Below are positions 28,804 through 40,700 of a stretch of 64,000 nt of DNA, piece by piece. This DNA is from an uncultured virus (IMG/VR IMGVR_UViG_3300021197_001703) (Duplodnaviria; Heunggongvirae; Uroviricota; Caudoviricetes): the IMG/VR virus record IMGVR_UViG_3300021197_001703; one strand, written 5' to 3'. Numbering within the stretch: position 1 is the first letter of the stretch; each line of letters opens with the position of its first letter. The position numbers and the translations under genes are program-made. The notes beneath the pieces are model-generated. The model did no database searches, had not been told where the DNA came from, and worked only from the letters and a program-made list of their open reading frames with translations.

Positions 28804-29133
28804 ATGGCAACATTTTTTAGAAATAAAGCAGTTAAAGAAATAGGAAAAGTAAAAGTTCCAATTTACTCCGCTGGACCAAGTACAACAGCAACAGTTGTTG
28901 GATTATCTTTAGCCAACCTAACTGAATCTGTTGTAAGTACAAGTGTTTTAATTGCAGACGACACATCAATTGAAGCATTCTATTTAAAAGATGTGTTGCT
29001 TCCACCAAACTCAACTATGAAAGTTTTGAACGGTGGTGAAAAAATTATTATTGCGGCAGACAATACAATATCTGTAGTATCAGACATTGATGCAAGTTTA
29101 GATGCTGTAATGAGTTATGTGGAGATAGTGTAA
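28804..29133 (+). CDS. Small structural adaptor-like protein
   Basis: 109 aa; paralog of 21173 and 43125 (TVVGLSLAN, SYVEI). Confidence 0.65.
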   Translation: MATFFRNKAVKEIGKVKVPIYSAGPSTTATVVGLSLANLTESVVSTSVLIADDTSIEAFYLKDVLLPPNSTMKVLNGGEKIIIAADNTISVVSDIDASLDAVMSYVEIV

Positions 29134-29134
29134 T

Positions 29135-29593
29135 ATGTCAGTTTTTAACATAGGACAAACAATAACGCAAACCATTGAAGACAATCTTGGTGAACGATAT
29201 TTTTATGGACTACGTAGAACAGACGCTGGTGAATTATTTTTAGGTAAGTTAGACCAATTAAGTTTGGAAGATACTATAGTAGTTAACAAGCAAGGTGATC
29301 CAGTAGATAACTTTCCAGACTTTGACGAAGGTGCAGAGTTCTTTGAAGGTAGAGATTCATCACATAACTTGACATATAAGAATTTAAACTATGAACAGTT
29401 TCGTTGGGATGACGCTAATTTATTTTATTATGTTAATGATGACGGTGAGTTAGTTGTAAGAATTAACCAAGGTCTTGCAGATGGCGCAGTTGAATATGCT
29501 GGCGACACTATAACAATCATTGACAGCGACAAAGAATTTGACAATACAAGTATAACGCTTGATAACAACAACTTTACATTTGATCAAACGTAG
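29135..29593 (+). CDS. Virion structural protein (paralog of 31076)
   Basis: RYFYGLRRTDAGEL and YEQFRWDD shared with 31076. Confidence 0.7.
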   Translation: MSVFNIGQTITQTIEDNLGERYFYGLRRTDAGELFLGKLDQLSLEDTIVVNKQGDPVDNFPDFDEGAEFFEGRDSSHNLTYKNLNYEQFRWDDANLFYYVNDDGELVVRINQGLADGAVEYAGDTITIIDSDKEFDNTSITLDNNNFTFDQT

Positions 29594-29607
29594 GAGTAGG
29601 AGATAAA

Positions 29608-31065
29608 ATGAGCAAACAACAAGTAAACGTAGGTGTTCTACCAAATGATGGGCAAGGTGATAACCTTAGAGCAGGCGCTACGAAAATTAATAATAACTTT
29701 AACGAGTTATATACAGCATTAGGTGATGGATCAGTACTTGACGTTATCACAAACGGAGTATTTAATTCATATCCAAGTACAGTAACAGGAAGTAACAAAG
29801 TTACTTTCTTATATCCAACATTTGCAGACCTACCGAGTCCTACAACCTACGATGGTATGTTAGCAAAAGTTACAGCAGACGCGGCAGTTTACTACGCTCA
29901 TAGTAATGCTTGGGTCAAGATGTTAGATACTACTACAAGCGTTGGTGCTTTAACAGATGTTGATATAACAGGTATTAATGATGGACAAGTTCTTGTATGG
30001 AGTGCATCAGGTGGAAAATTTGCACCAGGCGCAGGCGGTGGTGGTGGAGGCTCTACTTCGTTTATTGCATTAACAGATACTCCAAATAACTTTACAGCGG
30101 CCGGTGGCAATCTTGTAAGAGTTAACTCTGGTGCAACAGCATTAGAATATTCAACATCAATTACAGCATCAGAAGTTAGTGGTATTACAATTGGTTCATT
30201 AAGTGATGTTTCAAGTACAGCGGCAAGCACAGGTGATGTTCTTAAATGGGATGGCGCACAATGGGCACCAGGAACAGATATTACATCAGGCGGCGGCGGA
30301 ACAGACGCTGATACGTTAGACGGATTTGATAGTGCATACTTCTTAGACTACACTAACTTTACTAATAAGCCAACATTGTTTGGTGGTGCTTTCTTAAACT
30401 TATCTGATACACCAGTAAACTTTACAGGTGCGGCAAATAGATTTGTTAAAGTTAACTCAGCAGGAAATGCTTTAGAGTTTGTTGTTGATCAATCAACAGA
30501 CCAAAACTTGTTCGAATCATTTACAGGTGACACAGGAACAGTAGCGGCAACAGGATTAACAGACACACTTACAATAGCAGGTGGTACAAGTATTGCAACT
30601 GAAGTTACAGGTAACACATTAACAATTAACTACGATGGAACAGTTGGTGCAACGACACTTAATGCATTAACAGATGTTTCTACAACAAACGTATTAGTTG
30701 GTTACACACTTGGATACAACGGAACAAGTTATGTTATGCAGAACGGTCCGGCAACAACTTGGACTATTGGTTCAGCAGGAACTTCAGACTACACATTTAC
30801 AGGTCCTGGATTTCCAACTACAACTAATGATCCAGTTTTATATTTGAAAAAAGGACAGACATATTACTTTAATAATCAAAGTGGTGGCGGTCATCCTTTA
30901 CAAATTAGAGTTTCAAACGGTGGTGGAGCATACGGTAGCGGAGTATTAAACAACGGAGCATCAACAGGGGTTATTACTTTTGTAGTACCGATGGATGCAC
31001 CGGCAACATTATATTATCAATGTACTGCACACAGCAACATGGGTAATGTTATTAACATTGCGTAA
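29608..31065 (+). CDS. Baseplate/fibre protein with a gp9/gp10-like N-terminus and a cupredoxin-like C-terminus
   Basis: NDGQGDNLRAGATKINNNFNELY, LTDV fibre repeats, and HPL...YYQCTAHSNM. Confidence 0.75.
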   Translation: MSKQQVNVGVLPNDGQGDNLRAGATKINNNFNELYTALGDGSVLDVITNGVFNSYPSTVTGSNKVTFLYPTFADLPSPTTYDGMLAKVTADAAVYYAHSNAWVKMLDTTTSVGALTDVDITGINDGQVLVWSASGGKFAPGAGGGGGGSTSFIALTDTPNNFTAAGGNLVRVNSGATALEYSTSITASEVSGITIGSLSDVSSTAASTGDVLKWDGAQWAPGTDITSGGGGTDADTLDGFDSAYFLDYTNFTNKPTLFGGAFLNLSDTPVNFTGAANRFVKVNSAGNALEFVVDQSTDQNLFESFTGDTGTVAATGLTDTLTIAGGTSIATEVTGNTLTINYDGTVGATTLNALTDVSTTNVLVGYTLGYNGTSYVMQNGPATTWTIGSAGTSDYTFTGPGFPTTTNDPVLYLKKGQTYYFNNQSGGGHPLQIRVSNGGGAYGSGVLNNGASTGVITFVVPMDAPATLYYQCTAHSNMGNVINIA

Positions 31066-31075
31066 GGATTAGAGA

Positions 31076-31444
31076 ATGGCAAGTTTTTATCAAGGTACAG
31101 AAGTAGGAACACTACTTAAATCAGTTAAGGGAAGTAGATTCTTTTACGGATTACGTAGAACAGATGAAGGCGACTTGTATTTGGTCAAATCAGATCAGTT
31201 AAAAGCAACTGACGGTGTGCAATTGAATAGACCAGGAGATCCAGAACAGAACTATCCAGATTTCCAAAGAGGAATTGAGTTTTTTGAAGGTAGAGATGAG
31301 GAACATAACACATCATACACCAACTTACGTTACGAACAATTTAGATGGGACGATAGAAATCTAATTTATTATGTTGACGACGAAGGAAACTTAATAGTTA
31401 GAATTAATCAAAATTATGATTTTCCAGATGGGGTATCTCCATAA
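31076..31444 (+). CDS. Virion structural protein (paralog of 29135)
   Basis: RFFYGLRRTDEGDL and YEQFRWDD. Confidence 0.7.
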   Translation: MASFYQGTEVGTLLKSVKGSRFFYGLRRTDEGDLYLVKSDQLKATDGVQLNRPGDPEQNYPDFQRGIEFFEGRDEEHNTSYTNLRYEQFRWDDRNLIYYVDDEGNLIVRINQNYDFPDGVSP

Positions 31445-31483
31445 TGGTTAAATACAATATGAACATGCAGGAAAGTAGAAACA

Positions 31484-34400
31484 ATGGCTGAATTTAAACT
31501 TGATAGAATCCGCTTTAGATGGAAAGGTCCTTGGCTTACATCGACACAATATATTAAAGATGACATTGTAAGTTATGGTGGTAAAACGTTTGTTTGCTTA
31601 AACGGACATACTTCTGATCCAGACTTTTATATTGATTACTTAAACGCAACATTACCTAAGTGGACACAAATGACTGACGGTTATGAGTGGCTTGGTGATT
31701 GGAAACCTAACTACTATTATAGAGTTAACGACATGGTTCGTTATGGTGGACAAGTTTACTCAGCAATCATCGGACACACATCTGCAACATACACTGTTCC
31801 AAGTACAACTACTACAATAAACGTAACAATCGACTATGATAGTGGTAGTATATTTGCAACAGGTAGAGGACAATCTTCTACAGGTACAATTTATTTAAAT
31901 GGTACTGAGAAAAATATTTTAACTTTTCAAAAAGGTACTACATACGAATTTTCACAAACGGAAGCAACAAATGTTAACTTCGGTGGACAAACACACCCAT
32001 TAGGATTTAGTGTTTACGAAGATGGTAGCAATGCAGATACTGCCCTTGTAGATTATTACACAGACGGATTTACATATTACATTGACGGTGTTGTAACTAC
32101 ACTTTCAGCATACCTAAGTAACTTTGCAAGTGCTTCAAGTAGAACTATTAGATGGACAGTTCCACTAAATGCTCCAGATAAAATTTGGTACTTTGACAGA
32201 ACTGTAGACAGTGAAGACAAAGGTTCATACATTAATATTGAAGAGCAAGGTGTATTAGGCGATGGCGATTTTGGTAATTGGAAATTAATGGTTGCTGATC
32301 AGAATTGGTTATACGAATGGTTACCACAAGTAAACTATGCTATTGGCGATACTGTAAAATATGGTGGAGTAGTTTATATTGCAACACAAGAACATACAAG
32401 TTCAACTACTATTGCAGGTCTTGAAGCAGACTCTACTAAATGGGAAATTGTAACAAGATCCGATCAATGGAAATACAACTGGGCACCAAGAGTAAGATAT
32501 GTAGCAGATGATTTAGTAAGATACGGCGGAATGGTTTATCGTTGTGTAACTGGACATTTGAGTGCAAATGACGATGGTCTTGGGTTAGAAGAAGATCTAA
32601 CTAAATGGGAAACTTTACTTTCGGGTATAGATTATAAACAGCATTGGATTGCAAAACGTGATGTAGCAGTTGAATCAATAGCAACAGGTGTACTTACAGT
32701 AACAAGTCACGCTATGAGCAACGGCGACTTAGTTCAGTATACAACTGACGGTACACAAGCAGACAATCTTGTTGAAAACACTTACTACTATGTAAGAATT
32801 GTTGACAGCGACAATCTTAAATTATATTTTAACAAAGAAGATGCACTTGCAAATAGAAATAATAGAAATGCATCAGGCGGAACAGGAAACCAAACACTTT
32901 CTAAAAGAGAAAAATATAAAGTTGGTGACGTTGTAAGGTTTGGACCTACAATGTGGTATTGTACTACAGGACATAATTCAGATATAACATTTGCAGAAAG
33001 TTTCTTTAGCATCTGGTTACCAGGTTACGAATATGAAACACAATGGCTTGATTCAGAAATTTATCAGCCAGGTGATGTTGTACGTTACGGTGGTTACACT
33101 TATACTGCATTAACAATTAATACTAATAGTACTCCAAGTACTAACGGAATTACTCAAGACACTGGCGACTGGGAACTAACTGTACAAGGCTACAGATTAG
33201 GTTCACAGTATAATCAAAATCCAGACTTAAGAGAAACTGCAACAGATTGGAATGCCGCTAACGCTTATAGAACAGGTGATATTGTAAGATTTGGTGGTTG
33301 GTTGTACCATGCACTTAGAGATAACGTAGGTACAGAACCAGATGATGTTAAGACAACAGTTAATGTTACAATCACAGTTGGTAATCCAGGCAGTGGAAAT
33401 GTGTATTATGTTAACGGTGCTGAGAAAGGACCATTAACGTTAAAAGAAGAAAACACTTATAGATTTTATCAAAACGATGCATCTAATCTTACACATGCAT
33501 TATACATTAGCACAAGTAAGAACGGTCATCATACAGGCGGACAATATAACTATGTTGGCAATGGCCAAACATGGTGGTTAGACGGAACTCAGGTTGCAGA
33601 CTTAGCGGCATATGTTTCAGGATTTGCGGCGGCAACAGAAAGATATGTACAGTACATTGTACCAAGAGATGCATATAAATCAAACTATCTTGTATGTAAC
33701 GCCCATAGTGGTATGTATGGCGATGCTATACTAACAACAGAATATTCAGACAACTACTGGCAAACATTAATCGACGGCGATAAGTTTAGAGGTAACTGGG
33801 CAGAAACAGTAATAGTAAACTCTTCTCCAGTAACCAACGAATACTACTTAGGTGACATTGTAACTTATGTTGGTACACTATATCGTTGTATTAAAAGACA
33901 TAGTGCAAGTACTTCAGGATCAAGACCAGACTTAGACATTGATTATACACAAGAAGACTTCTGGACAACAGTTGTTGAAGGTGGTAATACAAACGTACTT
34001 CAATATTACGGTGACGTTAGAACTCATGGTTCAACAAACACTGCAAGATTAGGAATTAACAATCCAGGTGATGCACTTAAAGTTAAAGCAGATACAGATT
34101 TAAATTGGGAATCATTAGAGCAAACACAAAAAGTTTACTTTGTTTCTCCAGACGGCGTTGACGCTAACAGTGCAGGTAGAGGATTATCAGCAACATCTCC
34201 ATTTAAGTCAATTAAGTATGCTACACAATATATTTTAGAAGATGAAGGTACAAGAGCACCAGCAACAATACTTGTTAAAACAGGACGTTACGAAGAAATT
34301 TGTCCAATTACTGTTCCAAAAGATGTTGCTATTGTAGGTGACGAACTACGTTCAACATCAGTAGTAGCAACTGCTGAAACTAAAGGTAATGACATGTTCC

Positions 34401-37400
34401 GTGTTAGAAACGGTTGTGGTATTAGAAACTTAACAATGTCAGGACTTGAAGGACAGTTTACAGTAGCAGATGAAAACTTAATTAAAAGAGTTACATCAGA
34501 CGGAGAATTAGCAAGTTTAAGTAATGCATTCGTAGCACTTGATCCAGGTACAGGTCCAGACGATACAAGTGTTTGGGTAACAACTAAATCAACATACGTA
34601 CAAAACTGTTCAACATTTGGATTAAAATGCGTTGGTATGAAAGTTGACGGAACACTACACAACGGCGGTAACAAATCTATTGTTGCTAACGACTTTACAC
34701 AAATTATACAAGACGGTATTGGTTACTGGTGTAACGCAGACGGATTGTCAGAACTTGTATCAGTGTTTACATATTATTGTTATATTGGTTACTTGTGTAC
34801 TGAAGGCGGAAAAGTACGTGCTACAAACGGTAACAACTCATATGGTGAATATGGTTCAGTTGCATTAGGATTTGACACTAACGAAACTCCAATCAGTGCT
34901 AAAGTAGACAACTATTCGACAGAAGCAACAGTAGGTAAAGTATACAACGATGAAAACAAATTGTTTGCAGTTGGATATACTACAACTGGTACACATTACA
35001 CAAATGGTACAGTAGCAGTTACTGGTTCAGGATCAGGAGCAACAGGGTTATTAACAGAATTTAGAGATGGTTCAGTACAAGAAATTAGAGTTACTGATCC
35101 AGGTGACTCAAGTTTTGCAGGTGGTGACGGATATACATATGCTAACAACAGAGCACAAAGTGGTAATGCAACAAGCATACAAATTGCTAACCAAGATGTT
35201 AACAACGAAGCATACTACCTAAACAAATTAATTACAATTATTGAAGGTGAAGGTAGAGGACAATACGCCTACATTACAAGTTATGATTGGAACAACGGTG
35301 GTGCAATTACAACAACAGTAACAAGTGGACAAGATGCAACACTTACTGAAGGTGTGTATACAAACATATTAGGTACAAGTAGTAGAGCAGATACTACTCC
35401 ACCAACAGTTACAGTAAGTATTGATGCAACAGGAATTGTAGGAATAGCAATTACAGGTGTAGGTACTAAGAACCAAGTTGCTGATATTATTACTATACAA
35501 GCGGCGGCAATTGGCGGTACAGGTAACAATGTTACATATACTATTGACTCAGTATCCGCAGGTGATAAAACAATGACTGTAGCAAGATGTATTGACGATG
35601 GTCCGGGTTGGGAACATCATCTTCCAGGTGAGCCTATTGCAACAGTGTTAGATGAAACTACACGTTATGAGATTACACCAAGATTAACATTTACAAGTCC
35701 AACGTTTACACAAAATAGTGCAACACTTCCAAGTAATAGTGCGGCAATTGATAGTGCTGAAGCGATTGTTAGTGGTAACAAAAGAACTGTTATTGTAGGA
35801 ACAAATAGTATTATATATACAGATGATGGATCTTCATTTACTGAAGCACCGTCATATCAAGATTTAACTTACATTGGAGTTGTTAAAGGTAATACACAAT
35901 TTGTTGCAGTTGACGGTAATGGTAGAGTTAAACAATCCAATGACGGAACAAGTTGGGGAGATTCTGCAACTAACTTATTAAGTTACGGAGTTACATTTAA
36001 TAAAATTGAAGTAGGTAATAATGTTATTTGTGCTATTGGATTAGGAACAGATAAAATTTATAGAAGTGCTAATGACGGCGCTAACTGGACAGAAGTTACA
36101 GCGGGTGTTAGTAACGTAAAATTCCTTGCTTATGGTAATGGTAAATGGATTACTGCAAACGAATCAGGCGATACTTGGGAAAGTGTTGACGATGGTGTTA
36201 CATGGACTTCTGGACCAAACATTGGTGAAGTACAACATGATGTTTGTGATCTTGTGTTTGGCGCAGGTAAATTTGTTGCATCAACATATGATTCACCAAA
36301 CGATATTTCAACAGTTAACAATAAATTCTTCCACAGTTTCACAGACGCTTCAATAGCAACTGCAAGTACTGTATGGATTACAGGAAACAATACTGATATT
36401 GCTGATAACATTTTTATTAATTACAATCAAGGTGTATTCTTAGGTGTTAGTGCAAGTGGAGGCATTGTTCAATCAGACGATGGTGTTTATTGGACAAGTA
36501 AAACTTCATTGGGTGGGTCATTTTCAGGAATGATTCCAGGAGCAACATCATCTGGACCTATATTTTATCCATTAACAGGAGGAACTATTTCATCATTAGC
36601 AACTTTAAGAACAGGTGCAACAACAAGAGCAACTGTGTTAGGAGCGAGTGGCGGTAAATTACTTACGTTCTACATACAAGAACCTGGATCAGGATACGGA
36701 GCAACACCTCCAACAATGACAATTATTGATCCAGATAATACAAGAGATGTTTACTATGATGTTAGAATGGCAAACGGTTGCGTTGGACAAGTTGAATTTA
36801 CAAACAGAGGTACAGGTTATATTAATATTGGTGTTACTGTTCAAGGTGACGGTTATGCAGACATGTATCAAATTGGTACAAGTATTGTAGTTAAAGATTT
36901 AACAAGAGAGCCTGGACCAGGTGATAACTTATATATCGCTGGTATTAATGATGTATTTTATGCTGTACAAACTATTACAAATGTTACAGGCAGTGCGCCA
37001 AACTTTACAGCAACACTTGGTATTACTCCAAACATTGATAGAGCAGAATCACCAGAACATGAAACTGCTTTAACTATTAGACAGAAATATTCACAGGTAA
37101 GATTAACAGGACACGATTTCTTAGAAATTGGTAAAGGTAACTTATACAATTCACAGTATCCATTACTAACACCAATTGAAGGTTACGACGTAAGAGAGTT
37201 TCAAGAAACTGAAAACAAAGGTGGTGGTAGAGTATTCTATACAAGTACTGACCAGGATGGTAACTTTAGGGTTGGTGAATTATTTACAGTTGAACAGGCA
37301 ACTGGTATTGTTACACTAAACGCATCGTACTTTGAGTTAGATGGATTAAGTGAATTACGATTAGGTGGTGTTACACTTGGTGGTACAAATGCTGTTATTA

Positions 37401-37729
37401 GAGAATTTAGTACTGATACAACATTTACTGCAAACAGTAACGAAATTGTACCTACACAACGGGCTATTGCAGGATATATTGACAGTAGAATTAGTGGTGG
37501 TGGTACTAACGTTAACGTTAACGCAGTGATTGCTGGTGAAGTGCGTATTCAAGGACGTAAAATTAGTTCAGAAGCAGGTAGAAAAATTAATATCGCTACC
37601 CAAATGAACTTTCAAAAATCAATTGACGGTGACATGGCGGCCCACAGTATGTTCTGCGGCGCTACAAACTTTGGTCTTGTAGATGAGGGCGATCCTACAA
37701 CACCGCAAGAAATGGGATACGGGAAATAA
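31484..37729 (+). CDS. Very large tail fibre/structural protein (2081 aa)
   Basis: Repeated W...Y..GD.V.YGG..Y (CBM5/12-like) modules, a beta-helix, BNR/Asp-box propeller (S.DG..W) repeats, C-terminal HDFLEIG motif. Confidence 0.8.
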   Translation: MAEFKLDRIRFRWKGPWLTSTQYIKDDIVSYGGKTFVCLNGHTSDPDFYIDYLNATLPKWTQMTDGYEWLGDWKPNYYYRVNDMVRYGGQVYSAIIGHTSATYTVPSTTTTINVTIDYDSGSIFATGRGQSSTGTIYLNGTEKNILTFQKGTTYEFSQTEATNVNFGGQTHPLGFSVYEDGSNADTALVDYYTDGFTYYIDGVVTTLSAYLSNFASASSRTIRWTVPLNAPDKIWYFDRTVDSEDKGSYINIEEQGVLGDGDFGNWKLMVADQNWLYEWLPQVNYAIGDTVKYGGVVYIATQEHTSSTTIAGLEADSTKWEIVTRSDQWKYNWAPRVRYVADDLVRYGGMVYRCVTGHLSANDDGLGLEEDLTKWETLLSGIDYKQHWIAKRDVAVESIATGVLTVTSHAMSNGDLVQYTTDGTQADNLVENTYYYVRIVDSDNLKLYFNKEDALANRNNRNASGGTGNQTLSKREKYKVGDVVRFGPTMWYCTTGHNSDITFAESFFSIWLPGYEYETQWLDSEIYQPGDVVRYGGYTYTALTINTNSTPSTNGITQDTGDWELTVQGYRLGSQYNQNPDLRETATDWNAANAYRTGDIVRFGGWLYHALRDNVGTEPDDVKTTVNVTITVGNPGSGNVYYVNGAEKGPLTLKEENTYRFYQNDASNLTHALYISTSKNGHHTGGQYNYVGNGQTWWLDGTQVADLAAYVSGFAAATERYVQYIVPRDAYKSNYLVCNAHSGMYGDAILTTEYSDNYWQTLIDGDKFRGNWAETVIVNSSPVTNEYYLGDIVTYVGTLYRCIKRHSASTSGSRPDLDIDYTQEDFWTTVVEGGNTNVLQYYGDVRTHGSTNTARLGINNPGDALKVKADTDLNWESLEQTQKVYFVSPDGVDANSAGRGLSATSPFKSIKYATQYILEDEGTRAPATILVKTGRYEEICPITVPKDVAIVGDELRSTSVVATAETKGNDMFRVRNGCGIRNLTMSGLEGQFTVADENLIKRVTSDGELASLSNAFVALDPGTGPDDTSVWVTTKSTYVQNCSTFGLKCVGMKVDGTLHNGGNKSIVANDFTQIIQDGIGYWCNADGLSELVSVFTYYCYIGYLCTEGGKVRATNGNNSYGEYGSVALGFDTNETPISAKVDNYSTEATVGKVYNDENKLFAVGYTTTGTHYTNGTVAVTGSGSGATGLLTEFRDGSVQEIRVTDPGDSSFAGGDGYTYANNRAQSGNATSIQIANQDVNNEAYYLNKLITIIEGEGRGQYAYITSYDWNNGGAITTTVTSGQDATLTEGVYTNILGTSSRADTTPPTVTVSIDATGIVGIAITGVGTKNQVADIITIQAAAIGGTGNNVTYTIDSVSAGDKTMTVARCIDDGPGWEHHLPGEPIATVLDETTRYEITPRLTFTSPTFTQNSATLPSNSAAIDSAEAIVSGNKRTVIVGTNSIIYTDDGSSFTEAPSYQDLTYIGVVKGNTQFVAVDGNGRVKQSNDGTSWGDSATNLLSYGVTFNKIEVGNNVICAIGLGTDKIYRSANDGANWTEVTAGVSNVKFLAYGNGKWITANESGDTWESVDDGVTWTSGPNIGEVQHDVCDLVFGAGKFVASTYDSPNDISTVNNKFFHSFTDASIATASTVWITGNNTDIADNIFINYNQGVFLGVSASGGIVQSDDGVYWTSKTSLGGSFSGMIPGATSSGPIFYPLTGGTISSLATLRTGATTRATVLGASGGKLLTFYIQEPGSGYGATPPTMTIIDPDNTRDVYYDVRMANGCVGQVEFTNRGTGYINIGVTVQGDGYADMYQIGTSIVVKDLTREPGPGDNLYIAGINDVFYAVQTITNVTGSAPNFTATLGITPNIDRAESPEHETALTIRQKYSQVRLTGHDFLEIGKGNLYNSQYPLLTPIEGYDVREFQETENKGGGRVFYTSTDQDGNFRVGELFTVEQATGIVTLNASYFELDGLSELRLGGVTLGGTNAVIREFSTDTTFTANSNEIVPTQRAIAGYIDSRISGGGTNVNVNAVIAGEVRIQGRKISSEAGRKINIATQMNFQKSIDGDMAAHSMFCGATNFGLVDEGDPTTPQEMGYGK

Positions 37730-37768
37730 CAGATATGATAAATATAAATGTAACGTTAGGAAATAACA

Positions 37769-40700
37769 ATGGCTGAATTTAAATTAGGTAGAATCAGGTT
37801 TATTTGGAAGGGATCTTGGGTCACTGCCAAAGAATACTTCAAAGATGATGTAGTCCGCTACGGTGGTCGTACATATATTGTTAATATTGGTCATATAAGT
37901 TCCAACTTCGACTCACAAATTGCTAATTTTGATAAAATGGCAGATGGTAACGAGTGGAAAGGTAATTGGTCTTTATCAACTGTTTACAAACCTAATGACA
38001 TTGTTAAGTACGGCGGCTACTTATATATTGCAAATACAGGACATACATCAGCATCAACAACATCAGATGGCTTAGAATTAGATCAATCTAAATGGGATTT
38101 ATTTTGTGAAGGATTTGATTGGTTAGGTGATTGGGGTGTTACAACAAGATATAAAGTTAACGACATTGTTCGTTATGGCGGTGTTATGTACTTGTGTACA
38201 GAAGCACATACATCTGGAGCAACAGTAGGCGACGGATTAGAATTAGACAACACTAAATGGGATTTATTTGCAAACGGTTTAACTTGGTTAAACGCTTGGA
38301 TTGCAACAACAAGATACAAAAAGGGTGACGTTGTACGTTACGGTGGACAAGTTTATGTTTGTAACACTGGACATACAGCAGGCGCTGATAACACAGCGGG
38401 ACTTGAAGAAGATCAAGCCAAGTGGGATTACTTACACAAAGGTATTGAATACTTAGGTGACTGGGTTACAGGAACAAGATATAAAAACAATGATGTTGTT
38501 AAGTATGGCTCAGACTTATGGATTTGCGGAACGTTCCACACAGCAGGTGCAACACTTGCGGCTGACGAAGCAAAATGGTCTATCTTTATTCCAGGATTAG
38601 AATTTGAAGACAGTTGGCAGAACAATGAAAACTTCCAACCAGGTGACGTTGTTACTTATGGTGGTTACACTTACGTTTCAAAAACAAACAACTTTAATAT
38701 TATTCCATACAACAATGCAAGTGATTGGGATTTATTTACAACAGGATTTTCTTTCCAAGGTGATTACAATAACGCAACGGCTTATAAGATCGGCGATGTA
38801 GTTAGACTTGGAGGTTGGACATTTATTGCACTCGCAGATGGTACAGGTAACAGACCACCAGATGCAGTTTACTGGGACAAACTTAACGAAGGTTTATACT
38901 GGAAGAATGCTTGGACAAACGCAACTTATTATGACAAAGGTGATGTTGTTAGAGGTATTAACGATGTCAACTCATATGTTTGTGTTGCTCCACATACTTC
39001 AGAACAAGTTGGTGCAGGTCAAAATAGACCAGACCAAGATACAGCAGGTAACTTTTGGAATTTATTAAATGGTGGTGCTGAAGCAGGTAACTTAACTACA
39101 CGTGGTGACCTTGTTTACTACGGTGGATCAGGTCCGACAAGATTACCAGTTGGACAACCTGGACAAGTATTAAAAGTTAACGAAACAGGAACAGACCCAG
39201 AATGGTCATTCTTTGGTCAACTTGATGCAGTTTATTATACTGCACTTGATGGAGTTGATGCAGATGTTCCAGCGGCAGGTGTTACACTTGATAAACCTTT
39301 TAGAACTGTACAGTTTGGTTTACAGCAAATTGAAAAAGGTGCAAGAAAACCTAACGCAACAAAATTATTAAAAAGAAATAAATCATTTATACAAGACGAA
39401 GTTATAAGTTGGGTTGATACACAAATTGTTGGATCAATTAGTCCATTCACAGGTTCATTTACTTACACTGCGGCAGACTGGCGTAGAGATATAGGTACAT
39501 TCATTGATGCACTTGCTTGGGATTTATCACATGGTGGTAACAAGAGAACAAGATTAGAAACACTTGCATACTTTGACAGTGCGGCGGATCAATACTATGT
39601 AAGCAACGATGGTATTACATCAGAGTTTGCGGCGGCACTTACATTTATTACAACATTAATTGATGATGTAATTACACAAGATGCACCAGCAACAGATTAC
39701 CAAGCGGCAAGAAGTGTTGCTACTCCAACTTTACGTATAACAGATTCTACACTAACTGAAGAACCTGAAGCACAAGGCATCTTAAACGCTCTTAGAGCTG
39801 TTGCTACAGCGGCTTTGACCGCAGGCAATACAACTGGAGTCCCAGCACAATTAGTTGCAAACGACACGCTTTTTGTTAAGACAGGACAGTTCAACGAAGT
39901 ACTTCCGATGGTTGTACCAGAAGGTTGTGCTGTGGTTGGTGACGAACTACGTTCAACTAAAATTTCACCAGCAGGACAATTAACAAATTCAGGTGATAGT
40001 GTATATTCAATAGCAGGACTTGTACACTTGGCAAGCATTGTAGATGATGTTATTACAAACTCAGCAGTAACAAGTACTCAAACAAGTTTTGTTGTACTTG
40101 CATCTAACGCATCAGCAACTACTTTAGATATAATGACAGGTGCAAACAGTTATGCTCACACTTATACAAGTGGAGGTACAGTTACATTTAGCGGAACTAC
40201 TGTAAACGTTACAGCGGCCGCTTATGATAATGTTACAGGTATAGTATCAATAACAACAGACGCGGCACACGGTGCAGTGGCAACTGATGTTGTACAGGTT
40301 TCAAGTATTACTTGGACTTGTTCATTAGGTACTAAAGTATATCCAGCAGTTAAAGCACAAGACGTTGCGGCACCGGCAGGTTCAAGTGCGGCAGGTACAT
40401 CGGCGGCAGGAGTTGCTACAGCAATTAAAAATAAAATTGACTTTGTATTAAATGCAAACGGTTCAGATGTTGCTTTTGCAGGTGTTAATGATCCTGTTAA
40501 GACAGCAGGATACACTGACGCAGTTATTAGACTTGAAGCAAATAAAGAATTCTTAGTTGAAGAAGTAGTTAGTAAAATTGCAATTGATTATCCTGCTTAT
40601 TCTTTTACAACTGCACTTAAAAATTCTTGTAAACGTGATGTTAGACGTTACATTGAAGCAATACAACATGACATAATTTACACAGGTAATTACAAAGGTT

